Shown in pieces: positions 32,353-45,395 of a stretch of 64,000 nucleotides of DNA (position 1 is the stretch's first letter; each line of letters begins with the position of its first letter). Position numbers and translations under genes: made by a program. The DNA is from the human T2T-CHM13v2.0 reference genome, Homo sapiens. Under the pieces are notes generated by a model. That model did no database searches. It was not told where the DNA came from and was given only the letters and a program-made list of their open reading frames with translations. The DNA is taken from assembly GCF_009914755.1 (NCBI RefSeq), contig NC_060932.1, one strand, 5' to 3'.

Positions 32353-33425
32353 TTTGTATTGTCTCTGGTTTTGGTATCAGGATACTTCTAGCCTTGTAAG
32401 ATGAAGCAAGAAGGGTTTCTTTTTCTTCTATTTTCTGTAAGAGATTGTATAATATTGGTGTTAATTCTCCTTTAAATATTTGGTAAAATTCTCTCATGAA
32501 ACTGTCTTGGCCAAGAGATTTTTTCCCAGAAGGTTTTAAGTTGGAAATGCAATTTCCTTAATGGTTATGTAATTGTTCAAGTTGTTTTTTGATTGTTCAT
32601 TAGGTAGCAATTTTATGAAATTGATTTCTTTCTTCTAAGTTGTCAAATTTATGAAGTAAAGTTGTTTGTGGTACTCCATTATTTTTTAATGGTTTGAGAA
32701 TCTGTAGTGCTATCCCGTTTCATTCCTGAGATTGATTATTTTTATCTGCATTAGTCTTCCTATAGATTTATGAATTTTATTTAGCTTTTAACATAAACTT
32801 TTTGTTCCATTTATTTTCTTTATTGTTTTTCTTGGTTTCAATTTTATTGATGTTTGTTTTTATCTTTATTATTTCCTCTCTTCTTGATTTCTGATAATTT
32901 TGTTTTTTCTTAGCATTTTGAGCCAGGGACTTAGTGTATTGATTTGAGACTTTTCTTCTTGTCTAATGTAAGCATTTAATGCTATAAGTCTCTCTCACAT
33001 CATTGCTTTATCTGTGCCCCCACGTATTTTGATATATTTTCATTATTATTCAATATGTGTTTTTTATTTCCTTTGAGACTTCCTTTCTGAGCTTTATATT
33101 ATTTGGAATACTCATCTTCAATTTTCTAACGTCTAGAGACTTTTTTGTTATTTTTCAGTTCTTGATTTCTAGTTTAATTTCATATGGTTAAATAACACAT
33201 TCTGTATGATTTTCTTTTTTTTAAGTTTGTTGAGATTTATCTTATCGTCCAGGACTTGGTTTATCTTGATGAATACACTCTTGAAAAACAGTAGCGTATT
33301 ATACTACTGGTGGTAGAGTGTTATATATACATACATATTATGCAGTCTCATATATGTCCTTATAGCATTGTGAGAACAGAGAACAAACTAACACACTGGA
33401 GATATATCTATATCTATCTATATCT

Positions 33426-33456
<31 letters not shown>

Positions 33457-36099
33457 TCTCCACTAAGTACTGTTGATTGATAGTGTTGTTCAGTTCTGTT
33501 ATTTCTTTGCTTATTTTCTCTAGTACTTCTGTCAATTGCTAAAAATGGTGTGTGGAACCTGTAATTATAATTGTAGATTTGTCTATTTCTTCCTTCAAAT
33601 CTGGCAGTTTTTGTTTCCTGGGTCTTGAGATGCTACTCTTTGAATTGGATACATTTAAGATTTTTTATGTCTTACTGGTGTATTGATCATTTGATCATTA
33701 TGTAATAATCTTCTTTGTTCTAGGAATTTTCTTTGCCCTGAAGACTACTTTAACTGATATTAATATAGCCCCCTTGCTTTTTTCTTAAATTAACGTACAC
33801 CTGGTATATTATTCTTATCCTTTTACTTTCAATTTGCTTATGTAATTATCTTTGAAGCAAGTTTCATTTAGACAGCATATTATTGTATCTTAAATTTTTA
33901 ATTTGTCATCCAAATTTATTTTAAAAAATACATGTAGTTAGACCATATACATTTAAGGTAATTACTAATATGTTAGGGCTTAATTCCGCCATTTTATTAT
34001 TTATTTTCTATATATTTCACATGTTTCCTATTCCTCTGCTTCTTTTTTTTACGTTTTTTATGAATAGTTTGAGTGTATTTTTAGGACTCCGTAATAATTT
34101 TTGTATAATGTTTTTGAGTATATTGCTTTGTATAGTTTTCTTAGTGGTTGCTCTAGGTATCACAATATATATATGTAACTTATTACAGACTACCAGTGTT
34201 GATGTTTTACCACCACTTAGAATGAAGGGTCAATATCTTATTTCCATTTAGGTTCTTCACCCTCCCCACTTTTAAAATATAATTGTCTTTAGTATTTCTT
34301 CTACATACATTAAGCACCACATCAGATGTTAAAATTTTTGCTTCAGTCATATGATTTAAGCAACTCACAAAAAGCAGGATAGTCTATTTAACCCTGTTTT
34401 TACTTATTCTGGGGTTCTTCTTTCCTTTCTGGAATTTTAAACCTTCTTATCATTTTCTTTTTCTTCAGAGAAGTTCCTTTAGCCATTCCTTAAGGGTAGG
34501 TTTTCTAAGAACAAATTATCTTAGTTTTCCTTCATCTTTGTTTTCCCTTCACTTATGAAAGATATTCTTGTCAGATATAGTATTGATAGTTAGCAGTTCT
34601 TTTCTTTTTGTAACTGAAAATGTGAAACTTCCTCCTCCTGGACTCTATGGCTTCAGAGAACTCACTATCATTGAATTGGTTCTGCCCTGTAAGCAGTGCT
34701 TTTTTTCTCACTGGCTAATTTCATTGTTTTTTGTTGTTGTTGTTCTTAGTTATGAGATGTTTAATTATGATGCCATTTTGGCATAAATTTCTATGTGTTT
34801 ATCATATTTGGGGTTTGCTCAGCTACTTGTTTCTAGGTTTATGTCTATCACCAAATTTGGGAGATTTTCAGTTGATATTTCTATGAATACTTTTTAAACC
34901 CTACTTTCTAATTTCTCTCTGACTGGAATTTCAATAATATAAATTTTAGTTCTTTTGTCACTTTCTTACAGGTTCATGAAACTCTATTTCTTTTCAGTAT
35001 ATTTTTTGTAATTCAGGTAGGGTTAATTTATTTTTCTGTCTTCAAGTACATCTCCACTCCAAGTCATCTCCACTCTACTACTGAGCACTATCCAGTAAGA
35101 ATTTTTTTTAAATTTCTGTTACTGTATTTTTCAGTTCTATAATTTTAATTTTTAAATAATTTCTATATCCTTACTCGGATTTTTTTTTATTTTTTCACTT
35201 ATTTGAAGAGAATTTATAATTGCCTGTTAAAGCATTTCTATGATAGCTGCTTTGAAATTATTAGCAGATAATTCCAATATCAGAATCATCTCAGTGTTGG
35301 CATTTGTCCTTGTACTTTTTGTTCGGCTGTTTATTGTTGGAAGTTTGAGTTGGGATCTTCTGTAGCATCCTGCCTGAGATATATGAGAGGAAATACGGAA
35401 AAACAGGGAACTCATTGCCATGCCATTCTTCAAATCTAAAGGTCCCTAGGAAGCCCACCTTCTTTTTCTACTTTTCTGAGACTTCCTATACTTGTTTGTT
35501 TCGTTATATATGGTTTTTGTTATTTCTGGTTTTGTTATACCTCTTCAGGTAAAAGAGGGAGGACACGGGAGGAAGGGGATACTCCATCTTGGCACAACTA
35601 GAAGTCTCTAAGTTGCTTTTTTGTAAATATAAAACTCTCAAATAAGAGAAATAATCAATGGTGGAAATGATGGTACACACTTAGAAAAGTTTGATCAGAC
35701 ACACATTCAATATATAACATTCTAAATCCAGGAAATAAAGTAGCACAGTGGAAGAAAACTTGAACTTTAAGATCAAACTGGTTTTGAAAGTTGTTTATAT
35801 TACCTTTCCTATGCACTTATTATAAGAGTACTCAACTTGCAGGGTTGTTGTGAAGACAAAATGTGTGCAAAGACCATGCTAAGAGATCAACTGTTACTTT
35901 CCATACTTTTGCCAATAAGATTGCCGTAATGAATGCAGTTATACAATACACAAGACTTCTAAGATTGAATAGGTTTTACTCAAGACTTCTTTCCCCCTTA
36001 AAAGAAAAAAAAACAAGGATTTTAAAGTACAGAATATTTTAAAATATATTTTAGGCCATTCACTTAACTGTGGCACAAGAATCTAGACAGGTGATCATC

Positions 36100-36279
36100 A
36101 AGTTGTTGCTCATGGAGAGTCAGCAGTTGCATCACCTAGGAATTTCTTAAGTATGCAAATTCTCAAGCTCTCTTTCTAATCTATTGAAACAGAAACTTTT
36201 GAAATTGTACCCAAGATTTTGCATTTTAACAAGCCCTCCAAATGATTTTGATGCCCATTAAAGTTTGAGAACTACTGGA
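36100..36279. mobile_element. MER5A (hAT-Charlie MITE)
   Basis: CATCACCTAGGAATTTCTTAAGTATGCAAATTCTC...TTTTAACAAGCCCTCCA...AAAGTTTGAGAACTACTG. Confidence 0.8.
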
Positions 36280-36289
36280 CCAGATACTA

Positions 36290-38640
36290 ATCTGCCTCCC
36301 AGGATATTTCCAATATACCTTATAGGAGGCTTCCTATTTTAATCTGCTCATTTGTGGTACTTACACCAACGTACAGAACCCTTACATCATATGCTCACAA
36401 CGCATTGAAAAGTCTTACATTTTGGAATTCATGTCCTCTGCTATCTTGAAAAAATAATTTTCTGGAGCCTTTCTAGACTCTTTTGCCTGCCAATGCAGCC
36501 ACCATCACCCTGAAATATTCTCACTGGGGCAACACTAATTGTTTCTACTAACCTTATTCTGGTCACTGTAACCTTCAGTTGAGCAGCTCTCATCATGTTT
36601 GCAGCAACATGTAAATGCCCTCCAAGAAAACCTGATGATTTCAGACAAAAGTCCTTGGTTCTTTCCTTTTATAACATCCTTTAACCCATGGTCAGGTCAT
36701 TGTGCCTTTCTCTATACTTTCACTTCCAATTAAGGAGGTGACAAATTGCCCATGGTGACACAATTGACAGCTATAATAAGCTCAGCTTGGAAGACATCCC
36801 CAAGCTAACATCCATTCCTCCCTTAGAATGGGCACTATCTTTTTGAGACTCCTCAAATGACTATGACTAGATCCCTGAAGATAATATTAATGACCTTGGG
36901 AAGGGGTCAGAAGAAAAGTACACACGCTTCTCTGTTGCTGCAACTTTATCAGTAATTAATGACAAAATCTTGGTGAGCTATTATGGCAACTCAAGCCTGT
37001 TCTATGTTATCTGTTCTGAGCACATATGTAATTTGATTGCTGTCAACCCACACTTCTAAAAAACACTCCATATACATAGTCCCAAAACTTATCAGTTACT
37101 ACCCATTTTAAGGCCAGGAAATCTATTTTGTAAATAGACTACTAAATGCCACCCCTAGACACACCCCACCTGGCAGCAGATATCACCCTGTGCTCCCTCT
37201 CCTTGTTTTGACAGACTACTGCCCTCAGGCAGTCAAAGGTGGCAGCTTTATAGATAATGAAAAGCAAGAATCAGCCAAGGGGAGGCAGGGGTTATGTAAT
37301 CCACTAAAGCACCAACAGGTTAGAGGCCTTCCTCCACATCTTCCTGAATATCTCAAGAAGCTAAGGGGAATAGAGATGGGGGAACACTGAATTCCTATTA
37401 TGCTGTGAGCTTCCTCCATTTTACTTGCAATGCCCAACTCCTAACCTAACATGGTCACTGAGTATCTTAACAATCTGGAAATATTTCTTTATAAAGCTCC
37501 TATGGAAACCACTAAATTTCAAAAATGTATTCTGTATTCTGTAATTGTGGGGACAAGTGATGAGAGTAGAAATCCTGTCAGGATCTATCTCTATTTGTAG
37601 TGGGTACTCTAGCCTGATATGTGCAGCCTTATAAAATCAGCCCTTATCTTTAGGCACATGAAGACATTTATTCAATGTGTTCTCATTAAGCCTAGGTATT
37701 TGATAATTTCTACTTTTTGAAATCTGATCCAAAAACTACTCTTGGCTTTTGAAATAATCTCAGGAATATGAATTTGGTTTATAGAAAACCAATTTTTATG
37801 TGTATATGTAGGGCTATGTAATAATGGAAAGTTGCATTTTGCCTGATTTCTGGGGAAATTTCTAGGTTCTAGGACTTAGAAATTATGCCATTAATTTGAA
37901 ATTATTTAATGTGGTCTCAGAATGCCTTGAATTGGGACAATGGAACTTCTCCAGACCTCTTTTCCCTTAAAGTTCAAGGAATATTTTGATTTCTTTTACG
38001 CTGCTCATCCTAAACGCAATCTCATCTCATTCATGGAAAAAGAAAATGGTACCCCTACCTTGGAGTTGCCTTTTCATCTTTTTAAAAAAATTTTTTAAAT
38101 CATAATTAACCTTAAAGCTCTAAACTTAGTCTGGGAGATCTAGATGGTACAGCTTCAGAAGTAAGAGGCATCAGCTATCATCAATGTTAGGCTTCTCTCT
38201 CCTGTAGATGTCAGCTCACAGGAAATAAATTGAGATGATCATTTAAGTTCTCTATGTTCTACACAGCTAACCAAATTAGGCCAGTAATTTAAATAGGCTG
38301 GAATGTATCCCTGTCAACACCACTGTTTGCATGCATCCTAGATCTAATCACACAGTCATGACATATGAACCTCTCCTAGAGTACCCTACTACCTTTCTTT
38401 AGGAAACATTAATTTAATGTTTAACCAAAGTAAAGTTGGAATTCAGTGCTAAAGCTTCATAGGGACAGCCACCCTAATCCCAGGTATTTGTTACTGAAGA
38501 ATTTTAATACAGTAGTGGTTTGAGACCATTGAGGCCATTGAGCTCCAAACACCTTCCATCTTCTGTCTTTTCACCTTCTTTAGGATTCAAAACTAAAGAG
38601 GTAGTCCCCAGTGAATCAATTTTAAAGGGGACCCAAAAGT
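36290..38640 (-). mobile_element. Decayed Ty3/Gypsy LTR-retrotransposon internal region (pol: RT, RNase H, probable integrase); MamGyp-int/MamGypsy-like
   Basis: Manual minus-strand translation: NGIISKS*NLEISP, KSRNYQIP (cf. DLKSGYYQIP), IEIDPDRI..FLKFSGFHRSFIKKY (RT); CLRAVVCQ..RVISAA, KIDFLALKWVVTDKFWDYVYG (RNase H, cf. KLEFLALKWAVTEKFHDYLYG). Multiple stops and frameshifts; outer boundaries approximate. Confidence 0.82.
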
Positions 38641-38663
38641 CTTAACCTATCTTTCATAGAATC

Positions 38664-39137
38664 TGTATTAGTTAAGGATTGTGTTTGACCAAATACAACA
38701 AGAAACCTAAATAACAGTAGACAAAACAAAATGGGGGCTTAATTTTCTCTCACAGAAGAGGAATCTAAAGTTAACTTGGCCAGAGCTAGTATAATCCTGC
38801 TTAAGGGTTTCAGGACTAAGTTCTCTTATATTTTCTTAGCCTTTTATTCATGAGCATTTATAAGATGGCTGCTGCCACAATGTCAACTTTCACACATAAT
38901 GAATGAATTTCAAAGAGTGAAAAGAGTACGTGCTAACTGAGCTAGCCACCTTTTTAATGATCCTTCCAAAAACCCACCAAACATCTCATTGATCAGAACA
39001 GTGTTACGCCTGGCTGCAAGGGACACTGCGAAATGTAACTCTTATAGCTGAATATATTGCCATCTCTACAAAATCTGGTTTGTGTTAGTGAAGAATAAGG
39101 GAGAATGAATATTGGATGGACAACTAGCAGACCCTAT
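38664..39137 (-). mobile_element. MLT1-type (ERVL-MaLR) LTR
   Basis: TGTATTAGTTAAGGATT...AACAGAAACCTAAATAACAGT...GGCTGCAAGGGACACTGCGAAATGTA...GAATATTGGATGGACAACTAGCAG. Confidence 0.7.
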
Positions 39138-39644
39138 TAGAGCCAAAGTACATAATTCAGTGAAAGAGTGCAAACAATAGCTGTCTTCTTAATTATATGA
39201 AATAATTATTATTAATTTGTCTTTACATTGTCTAATTTTATTATAAAAACATGTAATTAATCTTGTTTTTAATTTGCTTAAAATTGGTGCTATGCATATA
39301 TGGCTAATGATTATGAAGTTGTTCATGAAAGCTACAAATTTGAGAAGCACTTTCATACTTCTCAAAGGAGGCCACTTATGTTTTAAAATTTTTAGAAAAA
39401 TTGCTTTGATGACTATGGAGGATGCCACATGCAGCAGCCATCTAGACAAGTAGGGGACTAGAGATACATGAAGGGAAGACTCCTCCCCACTACCAGAAGT
39501 CTGTGCTAGGGAGGACACTCCAACAGAGGTTTTAGGCTCAGGGAATAAGGATTGACCCATCTGAAATATGTTCCACCTAGACTCAGTTTGTTTTCTTACT
39601 CATTACATCTTATAGATTGAAAATCAGATATAGAATGTCAATAA

Positions 39645-40960
39645 TTGTAGCAAGTATTTTATTTCTGGAGTTTTGGGTTGAAAGGAGATCCAGAAAAAAA
39701 AAAAAAACTTATTTCAGTGCTTTGCCAGATTCAGTATTTACAAGAATATGAAAAAGGAACATTATTGGATACTCCCCAATGAGTAGACCATTTCTATCTG
39801 TACTTAAATGGGATGAAGACCCAGGGAAGAGAGCTGGGCAATGCCACCCCAAAAAGGAAGAGGATGGGATGGAGATGTCCACATATGATGGCAGGACAAA
39901 GCACAAGATATGACGCTCTCCATGCTGAAAGCCACAAGAACCAGCATCTCCAGTGACTATAGACCACATCTTGAAAAGGAGGGCCAGTGGAGACTTGTGT
40001 CTGAAGAGGAGCTGTACTTTGAACTTACTAAGTTGTTACTCAGTAGAGACTTTTTAAAACTTAAAATGTCCCTTTGAACTGGAAGAGAGTCCACTTGAAA
40101 TGCTTTTTCTTTCCTTGTGCTATATGAAGGAAACAGAGCAGTTAGAGACAAGTAGAGCAATTATAGAAAAATATTTTTTCTCTATAATTAATTAATTTCT
40201 TAGTTTAATTCATAATTTCTTAACTAGTTAATTATAATTAAATAATTGCTCTATAATTACTTTTTCTATAATAACTTGGATATTTTTCTCTCTGTAATTT
40301 ATGGAGAAATATATATTTTCTAAATATAAAAATAGAGTAAATATTAAAATATATAAAATATAAAGCATATAGTCATATAGTATATATGATTATGGTATAG
40401 ATAAAATATATATTTTATGAGTATCTAATAAATTTATTATGTGACTAATAATTTATATATTTAATAAATTGAATAATTTCTACATTTAGTAAATATGTAA
40501 AGTTTTAAATATTATTTACTGAATAAATATGAACTATATCATTTTTACAACTTAAAAGCCCCTTTGAATTGGAAAAGGATAAGAGATCAACATTTGGAGG
40601 GTTTTTTCTTTTTTTTTCCTATGCAATAGAAAGGGAGCAAGAGCAGAGCAATTACAGAAAAATATGTGTTTTCTCTCTATAATTAATTTAAAGGGAAATA
40701 CATAAAATACATGTTAAATACTAAAATATATACAGTATTTTATAGTGATATATATTTGTATGTAACATATATAATAAACTGAATATTAAAATATATAAAA
40801 CATAAATATATACATTAAATATATTAGTATATAAATATACATTACATATATTAATATATAAATATATCTTCAATATATGCTCATATATAATTACTCATAT
40901 TGGTAATTAAAGATTTACACATCTAAGTAGTAATGTGAGTAAATCTGCAACCCCATTATG
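39645..40960 (+). mobile_element. Possible Gypsy-type LTR interrupted by an AT-rich expansion
   Basis: TGTAGC start; tail TAAAGATTTACACATCTAAGTAGTAATGTGAGTAAATCTGCAACCCC resembles a remembered MamGypLTR end. Confidence 0.3.
40160..40900. repeat. AT-rich low-complexity region
   Basis: Runs of ATAT, TAAT and AATT seen directly. Confidence 0.85.
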
Positions 40961-41395
40961 TAAGTCATTTTCAAAAGCTAGATAGTGGAATGTTTCAGTG
41001 TAAGAAATAGCAACAAATAATTTACTACTCTCTTTGTTCAAGTAATACTTATTGTGGCCTTACTGCATTCTTCCATTACATTATGATCTTGAAATAATTT
41101 ATTTTGTTTTGTTGTAACATTTGAATGGGGTTTTTGAATGTGATCAATAGTATATTAACAATTTCTTTCTTAAACTAATAAAGAAAACATTGTGTTGGAA
41201 AAGAGTCAAACTGGGGCAAGCAAGCATGAGAAGATCTAATTTAGGTGGGCCCCAGACTTTAATTTGGTCTAAGAGCTGGTTTGGCAGATCGGAGGACAAT
41301 TGAAAATCATGCTGACACCAGGTACTGCACTCCAGAGGCTACTGCTTTCTAAGGAAGTGGTTCTCTCAGTCAACCACCTCTTTATTATTATACAG

Positions 41396-41940
41396 TGTTA
41401 TATAAATAAGCCGAAGGCAGCCTCTGTATATTGGTCCCTAGGTTATTTACTTCTTCACAGCAGGCTATGAACAGTTCGCTCAAAAACTGGCCAACACCAT
41501 CAAACTTAAATTTTTATACATGCAGTTGTTTTAAACATAGCCCAAATAAGCAGAACTATGGCCATCTAGAGCTTCAATACCCCACAAAGAAGCATACTCG
41601 CCATCTGCTAGCTATAGATAAGACAAACTCTGGGGCTATGAAAACCCCAAGCTGCTGCTGCCCTTCAGAATTCTCTGACCTAGAGATACTCTGTCATGCT
41701 GCCAAGTGACATCACCTAGACATAGAACCACCTATCTGATCCCTCTCCCCACTGGAAGTTCCCTTGACCTCCTCCCCTTCTGGATGGCAGTCCTCTCTTG
41801 AGCTATATCCCCTAGAAGTATTACGGGACTTTTCTCACATGCAAATCTATGAAAGTATCACCCAGCTAAAGCTTGTGTGTGCTATTGTCACCTCATCATC
41901 ATTTTTTTTATCAGCCCCCAAATACTCCAAATTTCCTACA
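41396..41940 (+). mobile_element. Solo LTR, probably ERVL class (family not resolved)
   Basis: TG...CA termini, about 545 bp, LTR-like composition; flanks TACAG / CATAG could be a degenerate TSD. Confidence 0.5.
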
Positions 41941-42959
41941 CATAGATGCCCAGATATTTCCTGCTCCATTGTGCCTCAAAATATGTAACCTGTTACAAGA
42001 GGGTGGTCATCTCCTGGAGCCCATTGTTTGGTATTCTTAGTCCAGGTATACCTAAGTGCCTAACTATGACACTCTGTGGAATAATGGAATTTGGGGGGAT
42101 CATGTAAACGCTGCTACTTTTCTTTCTTAAGTAAACCTGATATTATACTGCATGATACTAGTAGAGTACATGTTCATGTTCACTTTAAATGACAGCAGGT
42201 TAGTCTTGTAATAAAGCCTGAATATTTTCAACATTAGAAAGCATGATATTTTGTAATATCAAGTAATAATAGGTTTAGGCTTTTAAAATACTGACTGCAC
42301 TGATGACAAAGCTTCTTGAAGTAATGAAAGTGGTTTTTTGCTGGAATAATGTAGACTTTGGATGAAATGTTTATATTTTATCCTTTACCTCTGATCATCT
42401 TTATACTTGATAGATAATTTTATTCAATATGAAATAACCATGCCTTGCGTTACTGCCCACGTAAATGGGAAGTTAATTGAGAGGACAGATTATTTGTGCC
42501 CATCATTTCATATTAATAAATTTCCCTGTTAATAATATTAGTTATTAACAATTTTAATGACTTTCACTGTTAATTACTTTACTGTTGTTTTTAACTTTGA
42601 ATTCAGGCAATAATATATGTCATTGGTGGCCAATTTAACCTTTCTTAGAATAAAGCAGTGTTTGAATTGGCATTCAGATGCAACAATTGATGCACTTTCT
42701 TATTGCATACATAGCTGCTGTTCCATCAGTACTGAGCAAAACACTACTTTTACCATTTATATGTACGTTACAAAAAATGAACAAAACATGTCATATTAGA
42801 TTTTAAGTGAAAACTGGAATAAAAATTCCTCAATCTCAGATCCCACATATACATATACTGCACCTATCAAGAACAGATCATAACCTTCTGATTATAATCA
42901 ACACATTAATGGTTTCATCAAATCATGAAACAATAAGAAAGTCCGGGAAAAATTTTGTG

Positions 42960-44000
42960 ATCTCTTGCAATGGCCAGAGCGTGAGGATATTTGTGTCTCA
43001 TATGAAAGTTCATTGTGGAGCAGTTCACCCATGTCAGTCAGTCTTTCTCCCCAGTTATCACAGAGCTAAATTAATGAGTTCATGAACAAAGTGACATGCA
43101 CTCAATAACATGGGTGTCCTTTCACCAAGGATGAGCTAACAATCACATTAGATGAGTAACCAACCTACCAACCTCAGAGACCAATGTTAAATCCCCAATA
43201 AGATGTCATTCCCTAGGTATACTGGCCAGCCAGTATACCTAGATTAATTACATTGTATCCTGTCTGACATGGAGGTTGCAGCAATTATTCCCCATTACAA
43301 AATAGACCTTTACTATATTATATAAAGTTGACTTTCCCATGAACAGAACTTTTGTCAGCGTCATTCTTTATAGACACACATACAATTTTATTCATTGACA
43401 TGACATCCCACTCAACATTGCCTCCTAATCAAGGAACTTATTTTTATAGAAAAAAAGTGTATTAATGGGTTTATATCTATAGGATTGACTTGTTTATCAT
43501 GGATTCAAATACCTATAAGCAACTGGCTTAATAAAATGGGGGAATATATTATTGAACACTCAGTTATGACACCAAGTGAAGTACAACATTATCTGAGGTT
43601 CATTCCTACAATATGCAAAATATACTCCAAGCAAGTAACCAATATCAGATGCCATTTTTTTTCTCATGATACATAGGTCCTTAAACAAAGAGTGGAACTG
43701 GGAATGCCTCCTCTCAGTACTAACCCTTTTGACCAATCCTAAAAGTATGTCTTGCTTTCTGTCTGCTCAGCTTTGGACTCTGATCTTATATACCAGTGGA
43801 AGAACACTGTACACAACCCAATGCAGAAAGACCACTAAAGACTTAACGCCCTCTGGAAAGAGGATTTCGTCACCCTACAAAGCAAAGAGCCATTATCAAC
43901 TAGAGTATCATCTAAAGGCAATGGGAACATGGAATGCAGTGGAGGAAGGATGTTAAGGCTACCAACTAAGTTCTCACCTTCAGCTACAAGAATGAGAACT
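42960..44000 (+). mobile_element. ERVL internal remnant (RNase H end, integrase)
   Basis: QSVRIFVSHMKVH (cf. HERV-L KIFVSHVNAH); CATGAACAAAGTG (HEQS); CAGAGACCAATGTTAAATCCCC (QRP.L.P); GATTAATTACATTG (cf. Q.DYIG). Confidence 0.75.
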
Positions 44001-44120
44001 ATAAAAGGTATGCATATTTACTTGATTTTTAAATTATTAATTATAAACATATGTTTATATAACTAGTAATTATATAATTCATATATACATGTATACATAT
44101 ACACATACATATATACATGC

Positions 44121-44521
44121 TGCTATAGTGTAAATATTTGTGTCCTTCCAAAATTCATAATCCCTAAGGTGGAAGGTGGAAATCTTTCCCCCAAGATTAG
44201 GTGAATATCCTAACCCCCAAGGTGGTATGGGTAGAAAATAGAGCCTTTGGGAGATATTAGGTCATGAGAGCTCTGCCGAGGGTGAGGAATGAAATTAGTG
44301 CCCTTATAAAAGAGGCCAGAGGAAATTCATTCACCATGTGAGATCTCAGTGAAAAGATGGCTGTCTATAAACCAGGAAGGAGGCCCTCACCAGAAACCAA
44401 ATTTGCTGGTGCCTTGATCTTAGACTTCCTAGCTTCCAGAACTGTGATAAATAAATATCTGTTATTCATAAGCTACGTGGTATGTAGTATTTTGTTACAG
44501 AGGTCTGTACAGATTAATGCA
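44121..44521 (+). mobile_element. MLT1A-type LTR
   Basis: TGCTATAGTGTAAATATTTGTGTCC...TTAGTGCCCTTATAAAAGAGGCC...GCCTTGATCTTAGACTTCCTAGCTTCCAGAACTGTGA. Confidence 0.85.
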
Positions 44522-45005
44522 CATATATATATATATATATATATCTCGACAATTTTTTAGTCTCTTTCCCTTACTATTTTATAGAAAATATGTTGGTAAG
44601 TGCCATATAACATAGTCCTGAACAAATATCAAAAAGTAAAATGGAGCTTTCAAATGAATACACAAAAGTAGTTAAAAATACAGAGTAGCAAAGAGAAAAA
44701 ATCATTAACCAGAGATGGATAGAGTGGTTGTTAATAACTTTGTGTCTTCTTTTCGTTGAGAGAGTACGTGCATCTTTATTTGTATAAGGAATATTCTTAT
44801 CATCAGCATAGTGTTGTTGCCATTGTTGGATAGAAAGATGTTTATGGATACTGACTTTCCAAATGAATAGACTTGTCATATATTGTCTATTGATGTCATT
44901 CTAAGCTCTTTCCTATATCATATAGGCATGATTTTTGAACCTGCGTTTCTGAGACTCCCTTTCCAGCAAAGCTTTGGTTTAGATCTTCTATAAAAACATG
45001 CTTGT

Positions 45006-45395
<390 letters not shown>

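Larger units (their letters stand above)
30105..35610 (-). mobile_element. Long old L1M (ORF2, ORF1, 5' region), antisense, interrupted by THE1
   Basis: ORF fragments IQYSFMIKILSKLGIEGNF (RT), EFYQIFKGELTPILYNLLQKIE, KISKEITELNNTINQ, LELSANNFKAAIIEML. Confidence 0.85.

Noticed and set aside
32126-32497. Arg/Glu-rich ORF resembling a basic nuclear protein
   Set aside because: L1 ORF2 fragment read through a (CCT/CTT)n tract and into the THE1 end.
37685-37715. EIIKYLG on the minus strand, resembling the RT KYLG motif
   Set aside because: Wrong position in the domain order; the overlapping frame KSRNYQIP fits the collinear Gypsy alignment better.
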